Source of the DNA: a virus
Lineage: Duplodnaviria; Caudoviricetes
Virus record (IMG/VR): IMGVR_UViG_3300037493_004106
Coordinates: 1 to 52,885 of that record
DNA length: 52,885 nt
Reading direction: 5' to 3' (one strand)
Shown: one piece after another, positions 35,844-47,800 of the stretch
How the letters are laid out: each line of letters starts with the position of its first letter
Numbering within the stretch: the stretch's first letter is position 1
The notes under the pieces: generated by a model
Database searches by the model: none
Told to the model about the DNA's origin: nothing
The model's input: the letters and a program-made list of their open reading frames with translations, nothing else
Made by a program: the position numbers and the translations under genes

Positions 35844-38800
35844 ACTTATACACTGTATATTGTCTCTTAAATATCTTCTCTATATCCATTAGTGGATCTG
35901 TATCTGAACCACTAAAGCCCAAGTAACCCTTAAAGACATCATTCAATATTTTAGGAGATCCTTCTTTTTGATACCACCATGGACCAACATCCTGCTGATA
36001 GAAAGCATATTTTGATCCAGCCATCCATCCTGGCAAGTCTTTAAATAAAATACTAACTGTATTAGTTAGTGGTCCACTTAAAGCAATTGCTTGTGGATTA
36101 ATAAAGCTTACATAGTGATTTGCTACTTTCAAGTCTAAAGGATTTAATGGATTTATAAATGCTTGGTTTTCATTTCTTACATTTAATCCTAATTTTAAAA
36201 ATTGTAATCCTAACCAACTAATCTCATTAGCTTCATATTTTGCTTTTATCTTTTTGTATGCTTCATCATCATCATCATCCCATCCAAAGAAGAAGTAAAG
36301 CGCAAAGTTAAATAGCATCATAAGCAATGCATCAGCTGCAATTCTTGTTAATGCTATTCTTTCCTCTTTACCCATAAATTGAAGGTAACTTCTCATTTCA
36401 CCTTGTATAGTGGACATTATAAATTTATATATACTTTTAAATCCAAGTAAGTACCATCCTTCATACTCAGAACCAACTCCAAAGTTGTATCTCTTTTTTG
36501 AAAATCTAGCCATTAATGGAGCATAGAAGTATCTTCTCATAAATGCCATCATTCTATAGAAGAAGTTCTTTTGTAGATATGGTTGATCAAGTTTAGCAAA
36601 TGCACCATTGAGCTGATTACCTACAGCACCAACTCTATTTTTAAATGCTTGAAATAATTTACCATTGATATCCCAATCCTTACTAATACCATCCTTAAGT
36701 TTAATAACTCCGCTTTGATCTAATTCCCATGCTTCTGCATAAGGGATTAATCTTGTTACACCACCTTCATTAATTTCTACATACTGTTGGTATAGCATAC
36801 CATAGAATAAAGCTAAAGCTCCTTCCATCTCTAAAAACTTTCTAGGAGAGTATAACCACGACATACTTACTACATCCTTTAAAAAGCTTCTTTGTGTATC
36901 ATTAGCAAATTTATCTTCAAAACTTTTGTGCGCATCCATTAATCTGATTAACTGAACATCTAGTGGTTTGTCAATAGTAGTAGCATTTACAAATGGTGAA
37001 GTATAAGAAGTCCATAGCATCATAGCTTGAAGACCTTTGCCTTGTCCTTTTAAGTAAGAACTTCCTTGTAAAACAATTGGTGCAAGACCATCATATTCCT
37101 CATCATTTTGACCTATACCAGCTAATCCCAATACTGTATTTTGCCAAACCATTCCTAAGTAGTTTTTAGCAGCAGACTGAATATTTAATCCAAAAAACTG
37201 GAATGAAGAAAACTTGTTTAATGTACTAACTGCTTTATTAAGTATAACACTATGCTCATTATATGCATCATCATACATTTTTCCTCTAAGTTCTCTATCA
37301 ATCATGTGTTGTAAATACTCTTGTCTTCTAGATTTTTGATCATTCTTGTACTTTTTTTTAAATCTAGTAATACCATAAGCTTCCTTCATTATCCTATCTG
37401 CTTTGCTCATATTTTTTATGGCATTATCTGGATCATCTAACACATCCATTAATGATTGAGCAAGTGGATCTATTTTGAATTTTTGGTTTTGATACTGAAG
37501 ACTGATATTATATTTACCTAGTGAGTATAATAAATTAGTAGATGTCTTCTCAACAGGAAGAGCATCTGATACTCCATGCACGGGAATCTTATTAGAGGAT
37601 AAATCTTCTAATGATATATCTGCGTATTTTATAGCAGCTTCTGTTTTAAGCTCATCAATTTGAGCATTACCTAAGTCTTGCTCAAACTCATTACCTATTA
37701 AGCTTTGATCTTTTTCACCTCTGAGGCGATTAGGAATGTAGCTAAATACTTTTCTTAAATTATCTACTTCTTGTTTAGCATTACCGGATGCAACATATTC
37801 ATATCTATCCATTTCAAATCTTGGCAAATCAAGATATAGCTTAGCATCTTTAGTAGCATTTTTCTGAAACTTAAGAGTGTATTCAGTAGTCTTCTTTAAT
37901 AATTCAAACCTAGAATCATTAGCATTTTTCAAATCATAATATGTTTGATTTACATAGGGTGAATCTGTAGGAGCTGTATCAACTTTTTGTTCTGCATTTG
38001 TTAAAGGATTAATTACAGTATCCTCAAAACTTTTTGGTAAGAAGTTACCCATATTATCAATTACTACCCCTACATAGTTTTCTCTTTGTTCTGGTGTTAA
38101 TCCTATAGGAATAGTTCTATAATCATTCTTAATCCTTCTATACTTAAATCTGAATGCGGGTTCACCAACAACATTAATTACTTTATCAGTAAAAGGATCT
38201 TTTATTTTAAATGATTTTATGTCAGCAGGATTAGTAGGGCGAGTTACACTATAAGCATAAACTCTTTCATACTTATAATCTCTTTCTTTTGTTTTATAAT
38301 TTATAAATTCTTTGACAACATGAGTCTTTAAGAACCATTCTTTAAATCTCTTGTTCTTTGTCATTGCTTTTTCTAAAAACTCATTATCCTCTAATAGTTT
38401 ATTTGCAGTAGTTTTATCAACATCTGCACCACCTACTAGTTTTAAATGAATATTAGCTTGTTCTACATAATCATCTGTAGCTTGTTTAAATTGTATAGAA
38501 GCTAATACTTTAAATGCACCTTTTAATTGTGCTAACTTAATTGCACCAATTTTTGGATTGTCTTTTCTATTTAAAAGTTCTTCATACTTTTCTCTATCCT
38601 CTCCTTCTAACTTACCTTTTCTTTTTAATAACTCAGTAAGTTCAATAAGCTCTTCCATTTCATCAATAGATATTCCAGTCATTATAGCAAGCTTATCTTG
38701 AGCATCTATAATATCTTCCTGTGCAATCCTTAATTTTTCCATTGTTGCATCAGTAATTCTGGAAGCATCTGTTTCCCCATACTCATCTTTGAATATAGAT

Positions 38801-41799
38801 AGTACATCAAATATGTAACTATACTTTTCTGATATATCAATAGAAGATGTTATCTCCTTAATAGTATTTAAAGCTTCTAATCTTTGTTGGTTAAAGCTTT
38901 CCTTAAAAGCTATTTTTGTATTTTTAGCAATCCAGCCTTCATCACCATGCACTCTTGCATAGTATTCCATTCTCTTTGTTTTATCAGCAGAGTCTGGAGT
39001 AATGCCTTCTAATGCTAATGATTGAACAAACTCATTAAATGCTTCTTGAAATAGTCCAGGAACATCAATGTATTCATAAAACTTTTTGCTAGTCTCTCTG
39101 TGTTTAGCAAGAACTTGAGCAATACTTCTATCATAAATATTCTTTTCAGGAACATCAACCTTTGGCGTACCATCAGGATAATTTAAAGAATATAATTGCT
39201 TTAATTCATCTTGATAACCTTTAATAATATTAGTAGACTCATAAATATCACGCTCATTAAAATTACTTCCTTGTTCAAGTCTTAATTTTTCAAGTATTTT
39301 TTCTCTGGCTAACCAAGCATCCCATCCATATTCACTCTCTTCAAATATTTTATCTTTCTCATATACCTCTGTCTTATATCTTTGGTGGAAATACTTTTTA
39401 TCCCAGTTGTAATACTCTTTACTTTTTATTTTAAATTCTTCTCTATCTTTAAAACTGAGTTCTTCTAGATCATCTAGCTTCTTTCTTTTATCATATCTCC
39501 AATTTTGTGTTGGATTTAATATAGACCAAACCTCTTGCTCAATTAATTCACCTTCTTCATATTTAAAGCTTTTATCTTTAAACATATATTCTTTCCAGAA
39601 ATTGTGAGCATTATTATTACTATATCCTAATTCCTTTAATAAATTAGCAATTGATCTTTGAAAGTCTAGTTGTAATTTTTCTGCTTCTACTTCAGCTTTA
39701 GTATAAGCTTCTTTTAGGGTAATACCGAAAGCTCCTATTGACAAGTCATTAATATTTAAGATCTCATCAAAGTTTTTATTAGTCATTGTTAAATCAACTG
39801 TCTCACCTTTAAGAGATGCTTCTAATTTAGATTTATCAATTTCCCACTTTTTATATTCTGCTGTAAGCTCTGCTTTTCTTTTCTCTCCATATTGTTTTTT
39901 GTCTGGATTTTCATCTATTATTTTGTCAAATCTCTTTAGCTCTCTAGCATACTTATCATCAATATTTTTCTTTACTACTGCTAATTTTTCATAGAGTATA
40001 TTCTTTACTTTCTCAAAGTCTACTTGTTTTATTAAGATATCCCCTTTTTTGATATTATCCTGTATCTCTCCTATGTATCTAAAGATTGGGTTTTTCTCTG
40101 TAGAGAATCCATTCCTTAAAAATTCTTTATTAGCTTCTGTTAAAAGCTCATCAAATCCAGAATATAAACCTTTAAAACTATTAACTTTTCTTAAGTCATT
40201 TAATAGAGTATCAGTATCTGTAGTTTGATTTTGAATTTGCTCATCTTTAATAGTTTCTAATACAGTATTTATTTTCTTTACAAGAAGGTTCATACTTACT
40301 AATGTATTGATATATGCTTGAGCAGCATTCTTTAAATCTTCATTATTAGTAATGATATCCTTTTGTTTGGTCTGTTCTTGTTCTACTTTTACATTTGTTG
40401 TTCTGTATGGCTTAAGTTGTGCTCTTAATTGATTTAATAGTGCAGCACCTGATTCTTCATCTAAAAGATCTTTAGTTTCTGTTTTAATTGCACCTTCAAC
40501 TTTCTTTATATAAGCTAGTCTTTCCTCAATTCTTTGATGCAATACATTAATACTTGCTTGTAATGCTTGTCTTTTGGGATCATTTGATACATCAGCAACT
40601 AAATCTTCAATTTCTTGTACTTGTACTCTCTTAAAATCAACATAATCTTTGGCTACTTCATCAAATTCAATAGAGAAGTTTTTACCAATAATTATATCAG
40701 CCAGATCTTTAATAGTAGTATTAGCTTTAAGATTTTCAGCTTTTATTTTATCTCCTTCTAAGTTCTTATTGCCAAACATTTTCCTAATAACCATTCTTAT
40801 TTCAGCTAATATGTTTTGTATAGCTTTTAAGAATCCTTTGCTAAGAGATGTTTCTTTGTTTTCTAAATTAGAATATGGATCTTTTGGTAGACCTACTTTT
40901 GTAGCAAGATCAGTTGCTTCATAAGCAAGAGCATTAACAATAATCTCTTCTTTAAATCTATCACTTTCCTCTTCTAAGTTCTTATACTCATTCTTTACAT
41001 AAGTCTTAATTTCTTGTCCTTCTGGTGTATTTATTACTGATTGGTAAAGTGACTCAAATAAAGCTTTATTTTTAGATTGAATCATCTTTACTATAGGATG
41101 AGCAAACTCATGGAATACAGAATTTAAATTAATTTTATCCTGTACTAAATAAACCACACCATTATAAAGAAATGAAGGTTCATTAACATAAGGAGTATCT
41201 GTATTACTTAATAACTGAATAGCTGAATCAGAAGATATCTTTTCATACTTAATGCCTAGTTTGCTTGATAACATCTGAGCCCATTGAATAGCAATATAAT
41301 TTGCTTTCATTTGATTAAACTTCTGCTCATCAGTAAGAGTATAAAATGACTCCGGATATTTTGGCAATTTATTATAGCTCATTATATCATTATAGAGTAT
41401 CTCTGCTGAATTAACTGGCTTAGGTATTTCTATAGAATCAAGATCTTCTTTTGCTTCATTAACAACTCCTAATACTTCCTTTTTATAATCTTGCTTATCT
41501 AACCATTTTTTAAAATCCTCATTAGCATAAATGTTGTTATCAGCATTTCTTATAATTTCTAAAGGACTAACAAAGCTGGTAATGTTCTTTTTAAATTCTG
41601 GATTAGTATATGCTTCTAATAAAGGTATTGCAATATTAGATTTTTGTTGTAGAAATTCTTGGAACACTGCTTCTAAAGGAGTAGCATATTCACCATCGTT
41701 TCTAGCAAATGTCTTCCAAGCTAAGTCTTCACCTAATGTTGCTTCTAAATTCTGCCATTCTGGTAAATTCTTATTTGGACAAACTAATAAATTTTTCAT
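35842..41799 (-). CDS. Giant virion (ejection/cargo) protein with zincin domain
   Basis: 1985 aa; HEFAH (41098-41112) plus EE; C-terminal hydrophobic helices; adjacent to the virion RNAP gene. Confidence 0.8.
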   Translation of the reverse strand: MKNLLVCPNKNLPEWQNLEATLGEDLAWKTFARNDGEYATPLEAVFQEFLQQKSNIAIPLLEAYTNPEFKKNITSFVSPLEIIRNADNNIYANEDFKKWLDKQDYKKEVLGVVNEAKEDLDSIEIPKPVNSAEILYNDIMSYNKLPKYPESFYTLTDEQKFNQMKANYIAIQWAQMLSSKLGIKYEKISSDSAIQLLSNTDTPYVNEPSFLYNGVVYLVQDKINLNSVFHEFAHPIVKMIQSKNKALFESLYQSVINTPEGQEIKTYVKNEYKNLEEESDRFKEEIIVNALAYEATDLATKVGLPKDPYSNLENKETSLSKGFLKAIQNILAEIRMVIRKMFGNKNLEGDKIKAENLKANTTIKDLADIIIGKNFSIEFDEVAKDYVDFKRVQVQEIEDLVADVSNDPKRQALQASINVLHQRIEERLAYIKKVEGAIKTETKDLLDEESGAALLNQLRAQLKPYRTTNVKVEQEQTKQKDIITNNEDLKNAAQAYINTLVSMNLLVKKINTVLETIKDEQIQNQTTDTDTLLNDLRKVNSFKGLYSGFDELLTEANKEFLRNGFSTEKNPIFRYIGEIQDNIKKGDILIKQVDFEKVKNILYEKLAVVKKNIDDKYARELKRFDKIIDENPDKKQYGEKRKAELTAEYKKWEIDKSKLEASLKGETVDLTMTNKNFDEILNINDLSIGAFGITLKEAYTKAEVEAEKLQLDFQRSIANLLKELGYSNNNAHNFWKEYMFKDKSFKYEEGELIEQEVWSILNPTQNWRYDKRKKLDDLEELSFKDREEFKIKSKEYYNWDKKYFHQRYKTEVYEKDKIFEESEYGWDAWLAREKILEKLRLEQGSNFNERDIYESTNIIKGYQDELKQLYSLNYPDGTPKVDVPEKNIYDRSIAQVLAKHRETSKKFYEYIDVPGLFQEAFNEFVQSLALEGITPDSADKTKRMEYYARVHGDEGWIAKNTKIAFKESFNQQRLEALNTIKEITSSIDISEKYSYIFDVLSIFKDEYGETDASRITDATMEKLRIAQEDIIDAQDKLAIMTGISIDEMEELIELTELLKRKGKLEGEDREKYEELLNRKDNPKIGAIKLAQLKGAFKVLASIQFKQATDDYVEQANIHLKLVGGADVDKTTANKLLEDNEFLEKAMTKNKRFKEWFLKTHVVKEFINYKTKERDYKYERVYAYSVTRPTNPADIKSFKIKDPFTDKVINVVGEPAFRFKYRRIKNDYRTIPIGLTPEQRENYVGVVIDNMGNFLPKSFEDTVINPLTNAEQKVDTAPTDSPYVNQTYYDLKNANDSRFELLKKTTEYTLKFQKNATKDAKLYLDLPRFEMDRYEYVASGNAKQEVDNLRKVFSYIPNRLRGEKDQSLIGNEFEQDLGNAQIDELKTEAAIKYADISLEDLSSNKIPVHGVSDALPVEKTSTNLLYSLGKYNISLQYQNQKFKIDPLAQSLMDVLDDPDNAIKNMSKADRIMKEAYGITRFKKKYKNDQKSRRQEYLQHMIDRELRGKMYDDAYNEHSVILNKAVSTLNKFSSFQFFGLNIQSAAKNYLGMVWQNTVLGLAGIGQNDEEYDGLAPIVLQGSSYLKGQGKGLQAMMLWTSYTSPFVNATTIDKPLDVQLIRLMDAHKSFEDKFANDTQRSFLKDVVSMSWLYSPRKFLEMEGALALFYGMLYQQYVEINEGGVTRLIPYAEAWELDQSGVIKLKDGISKDWDINGKLFQAFKNRVGAVGNQLNGAFAKLDQPYLQKNFFYRMMAFMRRYFYAPLMARFSKKRYNFGVGSEYEGWYLLGFKSIYKFIMSTIQGEMRSYLQFMGKEERIALTRIAADALLMMLFNFALYFFFGWDDDDDEAYKKIKAKYEANEISWLGLQFLKLGLNVRNENQAFINPLNPLDLKVANHYVSFINPQAIALSGPLTNTVSILFKDLPGWMAGSKYAFYQQDVGPWWYQKEGSPKILNDVFKGYLGFSGSDTDPLMDIEKIFKRQYTVYK

Positions 41800-41806
41800 A
41801 TAATTA

Positions 41807-44800
41807 TTATTGATAACAACGTCTCTTTAATTCTAACCAATCATCTTCTACAACATCCTGATATTTAACTAATATGTCTTTTATACTAGGAGTATTTTCT
41901 GATCCTGGATTTACAAATTTAAACTTATTATAAAGCTCTTTGCTGATATTATCAAAAATACTTTTCTGTAATGAGTTAGAACCTTCAGATACTACTTGTG
42001 TAGATACAGGAGCTTTGGTAACTTTAAATGTATTAGCATATACATCTCTGATAGCTTGTCTACCTGCCTCATTAATTTCCCTAGTACCAATACCTGCAAA
42101 GTTTTTAGTAAGAGTAGGTACTTCAGATTTAGACCATTTACCATTGATATTTTTATACCATTGATTTCTTATTTGATCAAATAGATAGACTGGTTTACCA
42201 GCTTGAATTGCCATTTCTACTGCATAACCTGTTCCTCCTTGTACTGCAACCTTGAGAAGTTTTCTTGGTTCAGCAGATTTTTCATCTCCTTTCCAAATAT
42301 CACCTTCTTTACCCAATGTACCAATAGCAAATACTGCATCTGAGTTAACAACTTGAGCCCAATTTCTAATTAGTCTCTGATCTTTCATTGTGTTGTACTT
42401 ATAACCCCACATTTGCTTAGCAGCTTGTGCAACCTTACTTGCTCCTTCTACTGCTATTGGCTTATCTGTAATATCTACATTTCCTAATGGTGCATTCTTT
42501 GGTCCTTTTTCTCCAGTAAAGTAATGTTTATTATTTACCATACTAAAGTCTTTACCAATTACATCCCATTGCGTATCAGATCCAATTGCCCCACCAGAAT
42601 GATTAGTATACTCTGCTGGATTATTTACAGTACTTACAGGAACTTGAGCTGGTTTACCCCAATCATATTTATTAATAAGATAATCTAATGCTGTAGCATG
42701 AGAAGGTTCTCCAAGTTCTTTATAATAAAGAATAGGTTTACCTTTTAATTCTCCTGATTGTAATTGTTCTAAAATCCATTCTCTTTGATTATCTAATTCT
42801 TCTGGTTGTATTCCTGTAAATACATATTCACCAGTTTCTCCTGTTATAATCCAATTAATATACCTTTCTACAGCTTCTTTTGTTGATTTAACTTGTATTA
42901 AATTTTGAAGTCTTATATCAGATGTAAAAGGATTTCCAAAATGAGCATCAGACATTTTTATTCTGGTAGATATTATTTGATTATTAAAATTAGAAATAGC
43001 TTTAGTAGCATCTTTTAATTCTCCCCAAGATTTAATAACTACATTTCCTGACTTAGTTTTATTACCTAATTTAGAATATATAGTTTCAGCTGTTTGTGTA
43101 CTTACAGGAGCTTGAGGTTGAGTAGATGATTGAGTAGGTGTAACAGATAATATAGGAACATTACCTGTAATACCTTTAGCTGTAACATTTAGCATGCTAC
43201 CTATTGATCCTACAAAGACTAGCTTTTTACCCGCCATGTATTGCTCATTAATAGCATCAATATCCTTAGATATTATGTTTGATACCATAGCAAACTGTTC
43301 TGTGTTCTGAGGATTAGTAGCTGCGTTTTGATCTCTCATAGTTATTACACCCATAGCATTGTTTAATCCTGCTAATGATAAAGCCATCTTATTAATAGGA
43401 TTGACAAACTTTGCTCCTATTTTAATATCACTTGCTTTCTTAAACTCTTTATTCTTTTGAGCCATTCTTAATGCATAGATATCATCATATACAAATATCT
43501 TATCTGGATTATTTTTAGCAAGTTCTACAAGTCTAGCACCATCTAAAGGAACAAGTTGCTTAGTTCTTGCCTTTGTCTTAGGATCAACAACTACTTTCTC
43601 TACTCTATCTGCTACTTTAAACACTCTTGGATTAGAAGTTGATACCAAAAAGTCTTTATTAAATTCAGATGAGACATTATAGTTTTCTACTATCTCTTTG
43701 AAATTAGCAGAGAAATAATAGTTTTTTATTCTTGTTCTTTGAGAAACATTTTCTCTAGAATTCTGTTCTGCAAAATTGTCCCATATTGCTTTTAGAAAAG
43801 AAGTATCTGAAATAGAAATTGTATCATCAGTACTTTCCATTACTACAAATGAATTTAAAGATGCTGTATATTTAGCTACTTCTTTTTTCTTTTTTTCTTT
43901 CTCTTCTTTTGTTCCACTTATATCAAATACTTTTGGTTCTAATGCTTTTTGTATTCTAGATACTGGATCAAGCATTATATTTCTTATATCTTGGTAAGGA
44001 AGTATTTCAGAAAAGTCATACTTCCCTGCACTCATACCATTCTGCATATAAGAATAAATAGGGAATATTTTGAATGTATAAGTTATTCTTTGATCTATCT
44101 TTCCTCCATTATCAATCTTAGATATACTTGGATCAGCCAAGTCTTTTAAGTTGTCATTATATGAATTTGCAATTTCTGGTTCTAAGTCTCTGATCTTAAA
44201 ATAAAGATTGCTAAGATTTGAGCCAATTTGTTTTTCAGAAGCCAAGAATTTTAAGACAGGATAATTCTCTAATAAAGTTTTGTGATCTTTATCATTAACT
44301 AAATCCATTACTTGTTTTGCTAATGAGTAGTTCTCATCATAGTATAATGTTTGAATATTGCCTATATTAATAAGAGCTTGTACTTTTAAAAATTCTTCGT
44401 AAGCTAATACATCTATATCAGAATTATAATCTCTTTCATTTTGATCAACGCCTTTAGGATTAGCATCCTTCATTCTCTTTCTTATTTTTTCATAGAATGG
44501 ATCATTCTTAAGTTCAGAAAGCTTATTGTTATATCTTAAGTATTCTCTCTCTACTACAAACTGTTGAAATTCTTTTGCACTCTGTTCTCCATAATTATTA
44601 AAGATGTTTTTATTTAATTTAGCTAGACCTCTAGAAACATAATTATTAGCACCTTCACTTCTTAAATAAGCTTGAGTTTTAAAATCATTTTCAATTATTG
44701 ATTTATCAATATAAATAACAGGTTTGCCCGGAACTTTTTCAGCTACCAATGCTCCGCCAGTAAGTCTATCTACAATCTTAACTGGTATATCAGTTGTTAC

Positions 44801-47800
44801 AAGTAATGACTTATAACTAGGCATATTGATATTAAATGACTTAATATAATTTTGGAATAGTGCTAATTTTAAGTCACTGATAAACGTAGATATTATCTTT
44901 TCATCTTTATAACCTGTCTGTGATTTAATTCTATTGAGATCATATGTATTGTCAATTATAAATTTAGATATTACTCTATTTGATTCTAATGGAAGTAATG
45001 GAGACCACAAATCAACTTGGAAATTCTGTATTCTAAATGTGCTCAAGATAGAGTCATTGATTATAATATCAGCTAAGTCTTGATCTATTCTTTCATTATT
45101 CAATAGATTATTGATTTCAAAATCTCTACTAAGAGCAGAGAATAAACCAGTATCTTTTGCTTTATCTAAATTTGTTTTTAATCTTAACTGTTTAATACCA
45201 GAATTAAACTTTTCTATTTGAAAGAAATGAAGAAAAGCTAAAAGAGAATTATCTGTTATTCCTTTATTTTTTACTATTAGTGCTAAATCATTTGTAGAAA
45301 AACTTTTATTTCCTAAAGCTTCATCTAATATTTTATAGATATTTTTTTCGTTATACTTTTTAGGATCAAAACCATATTTATTTAAAGTTCTTCTAAATGC
45401 TTCAACTCTAAAATACATTGGATTATCAATGCCTTTCTCTAACTGTTTAGAATAAGGAGTTTTAATTAATCTTTGTTGCTTAACATACTCTCTTACCATA
45501 GGATTAGAAACAAACCATCCAGCATCTTCTAATGTAATACCTGATTCAACCATTGATAAAATAACAGGAATTACCTCTATATAACCCTGCAGATAAACTA
45601 ACCATTCATTTTGTTCTAAATCTACTGCACCATTTATTATCTGGGATATAATATCTGATATAGGATGAATACCTTTATTGTCATATATACTTGATAATGA
45701 TACTACCTTTTTGCCATTTTCATTAATTACAGAATTATGATTTAAATAATACTTGATTGGCATATCTATTAATTCAGTAACCATTTGCTTATTTTGATCA
45801 TAAACAACTTTACCATTTTCATCTAGTACAGGATAAGGAAAAGCCAATGATTCAGGCATTAATGCTCCATATCTCATAAATAAGGTATGATATTTATTAC
45901 CAATAACAGCAATACCCAATGAACCTTTACCAGTATTAAAATTAAAATGTTTATCAAGATTAAATATTGGCTCTAATAATCTGCTAGGACTAACTCCTCC
46001 TTCCAACACTTGTCCATCTTTTAATATACTTTTTTGCCAGTTATTCTCTTGTACATAAGGTTTAAGAGACTCAGATATTTTAATCCCGATATTATTATTG
46101 TTAGGTCTAATTAATGAATAAAACTTTTCTGGAGATGATAGAATATCAACTATTGAATTGATTAATGCATTTTCATATTGACCAATAAATCTTCTTTTTA
46201 TTTCTTTAAGGGAGGATATTTTATTATTTATTTCATTAATTTCATTTAAATCTTGTTTAAAAGAATCTCTTTGTTCTATTGATATTTTCATAGAATCATA
46301 TAGAGCTTTAATCTCTACATAATTATCATAAGAATCTGTTTTTAAATTAAATAATTTTTTATTCTTACTAATCTTAGATAATAATTCGCTTTTGCTTAAA
46401 CCTTTAAATAATTCCATCAGTTCTTTTTCAGTGCCTGATAATATTATTTTCTTCATATCATCCGTGATATATGGACTTTCTAAATTATTTATTAATTCAA
46501 AAGATATATCCTGAATAATCTCTGTCTTTTTAGCTTTTGCTATTTCTAATAAAAGAATAACTGATTTTATAGATCTATTACTTACTCTAATGTTTTCTTT
46601 TACTTGTTTCTTTACTTCTGATAAACTTGTTTTATCATATTTTTCAGAAGCAAGTTTATCTCTCTCTGCTTCTGCTTTAGTTATATCCTCATCAAGTTGC
46701 TCTTTATTTTCATAAATCAGGTTCATAACTTCTCCTGACTTCATGATATTTGGTAGATAGACAGTAAGTTTATCTATGTCAAAGTCAGCACCAGCTTTTG
46801 CTACAATCTCTTGTGGTGGTATAAGAACATTACCAAATTGTGGAGGCAAGAATTCAAATACTTCCATAAACTCCATAGAGTTATCACCTTGTACTGGAAT
46901 ACGAACACCTACTAATGTAATCTTCTTTCTATTATCACCCATGTCTAACCACTCTTCATCTTTAAGGAGAGCATTTAGATTAGCTAATGTATTTTCAAAA
47001 TTTAATATTCTTTCAGATTCTCCATTCTCATTTTCTACAGTATCATAAGCTTTGATTGAATTACCTTCTTTATCTTTTGCATTAAAGAGATTTTCAAAAT
47101 CACCTTGCAATGATATTTTTATTTTCATTGCAGTATTTATAAGCTCATTCTTTTTAGTTTCTGGATTATATCTCATTGTCTGACCATAGGTTGCTAGGTC
47201 AGTAGTTTTAAATCCATACTTTTCTATCTCTTCCTCAGTTGGCTTTCTAAATTTAGGTTTTTCAAATAAAGCATTTGATTGTAATACTAAAGCTTCTCCT
47301 TTAATCTTTTGCTTTACTAATTCATTGTTTACTATTGATAGAAAAACTCTTTCAAATTTATTAGCCCAGGGAATAGCTGATATATCTGATTTTACTTCAC
47401 CTGTTATAGGATCAACATCAAAATAATCTAATTGATGATCGGGAACATTCTGTTGCTTAAGCTTTGGCTTAATAACATTATTAATAAGCAACTCTCTGTT
47501 TTTTTGTAACTTCAAATCAATATTAGGATCCAATCCTCCTTTGATAAGAAGTTCCTTTCTCTTTTGCTCAGTAATTTGAGCTACTATTGTTTCAAATGCT
47601 CTTGCTTTTTTATAATTAGCATATTTAAGCTTTCCTTTTTCTGTAAGAACATCCCACTTTCTTTTTCTTTCTGCATATTCCGAATTAGGCATAAAGTCAG
47701 AAGGAATACCATTAAGGAATAAACCTGAAGTGATTAATGTTCTAAACTGAATAGAGAATACAGAGCTTCCTTTCCAGCTTGTATTAATTTCAACTTGATC

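Noticed and set aside
281-47048. Short antisense or nested track ORFs (e.g. 281-499, 1328-1597, 4197-4406, 22441-22680, 30687-31004, 40649-40924, 46776-47048)
   Set aside because: They lie within or largely overlap well-supported genes on the opposite strand and show no motifs or leaders
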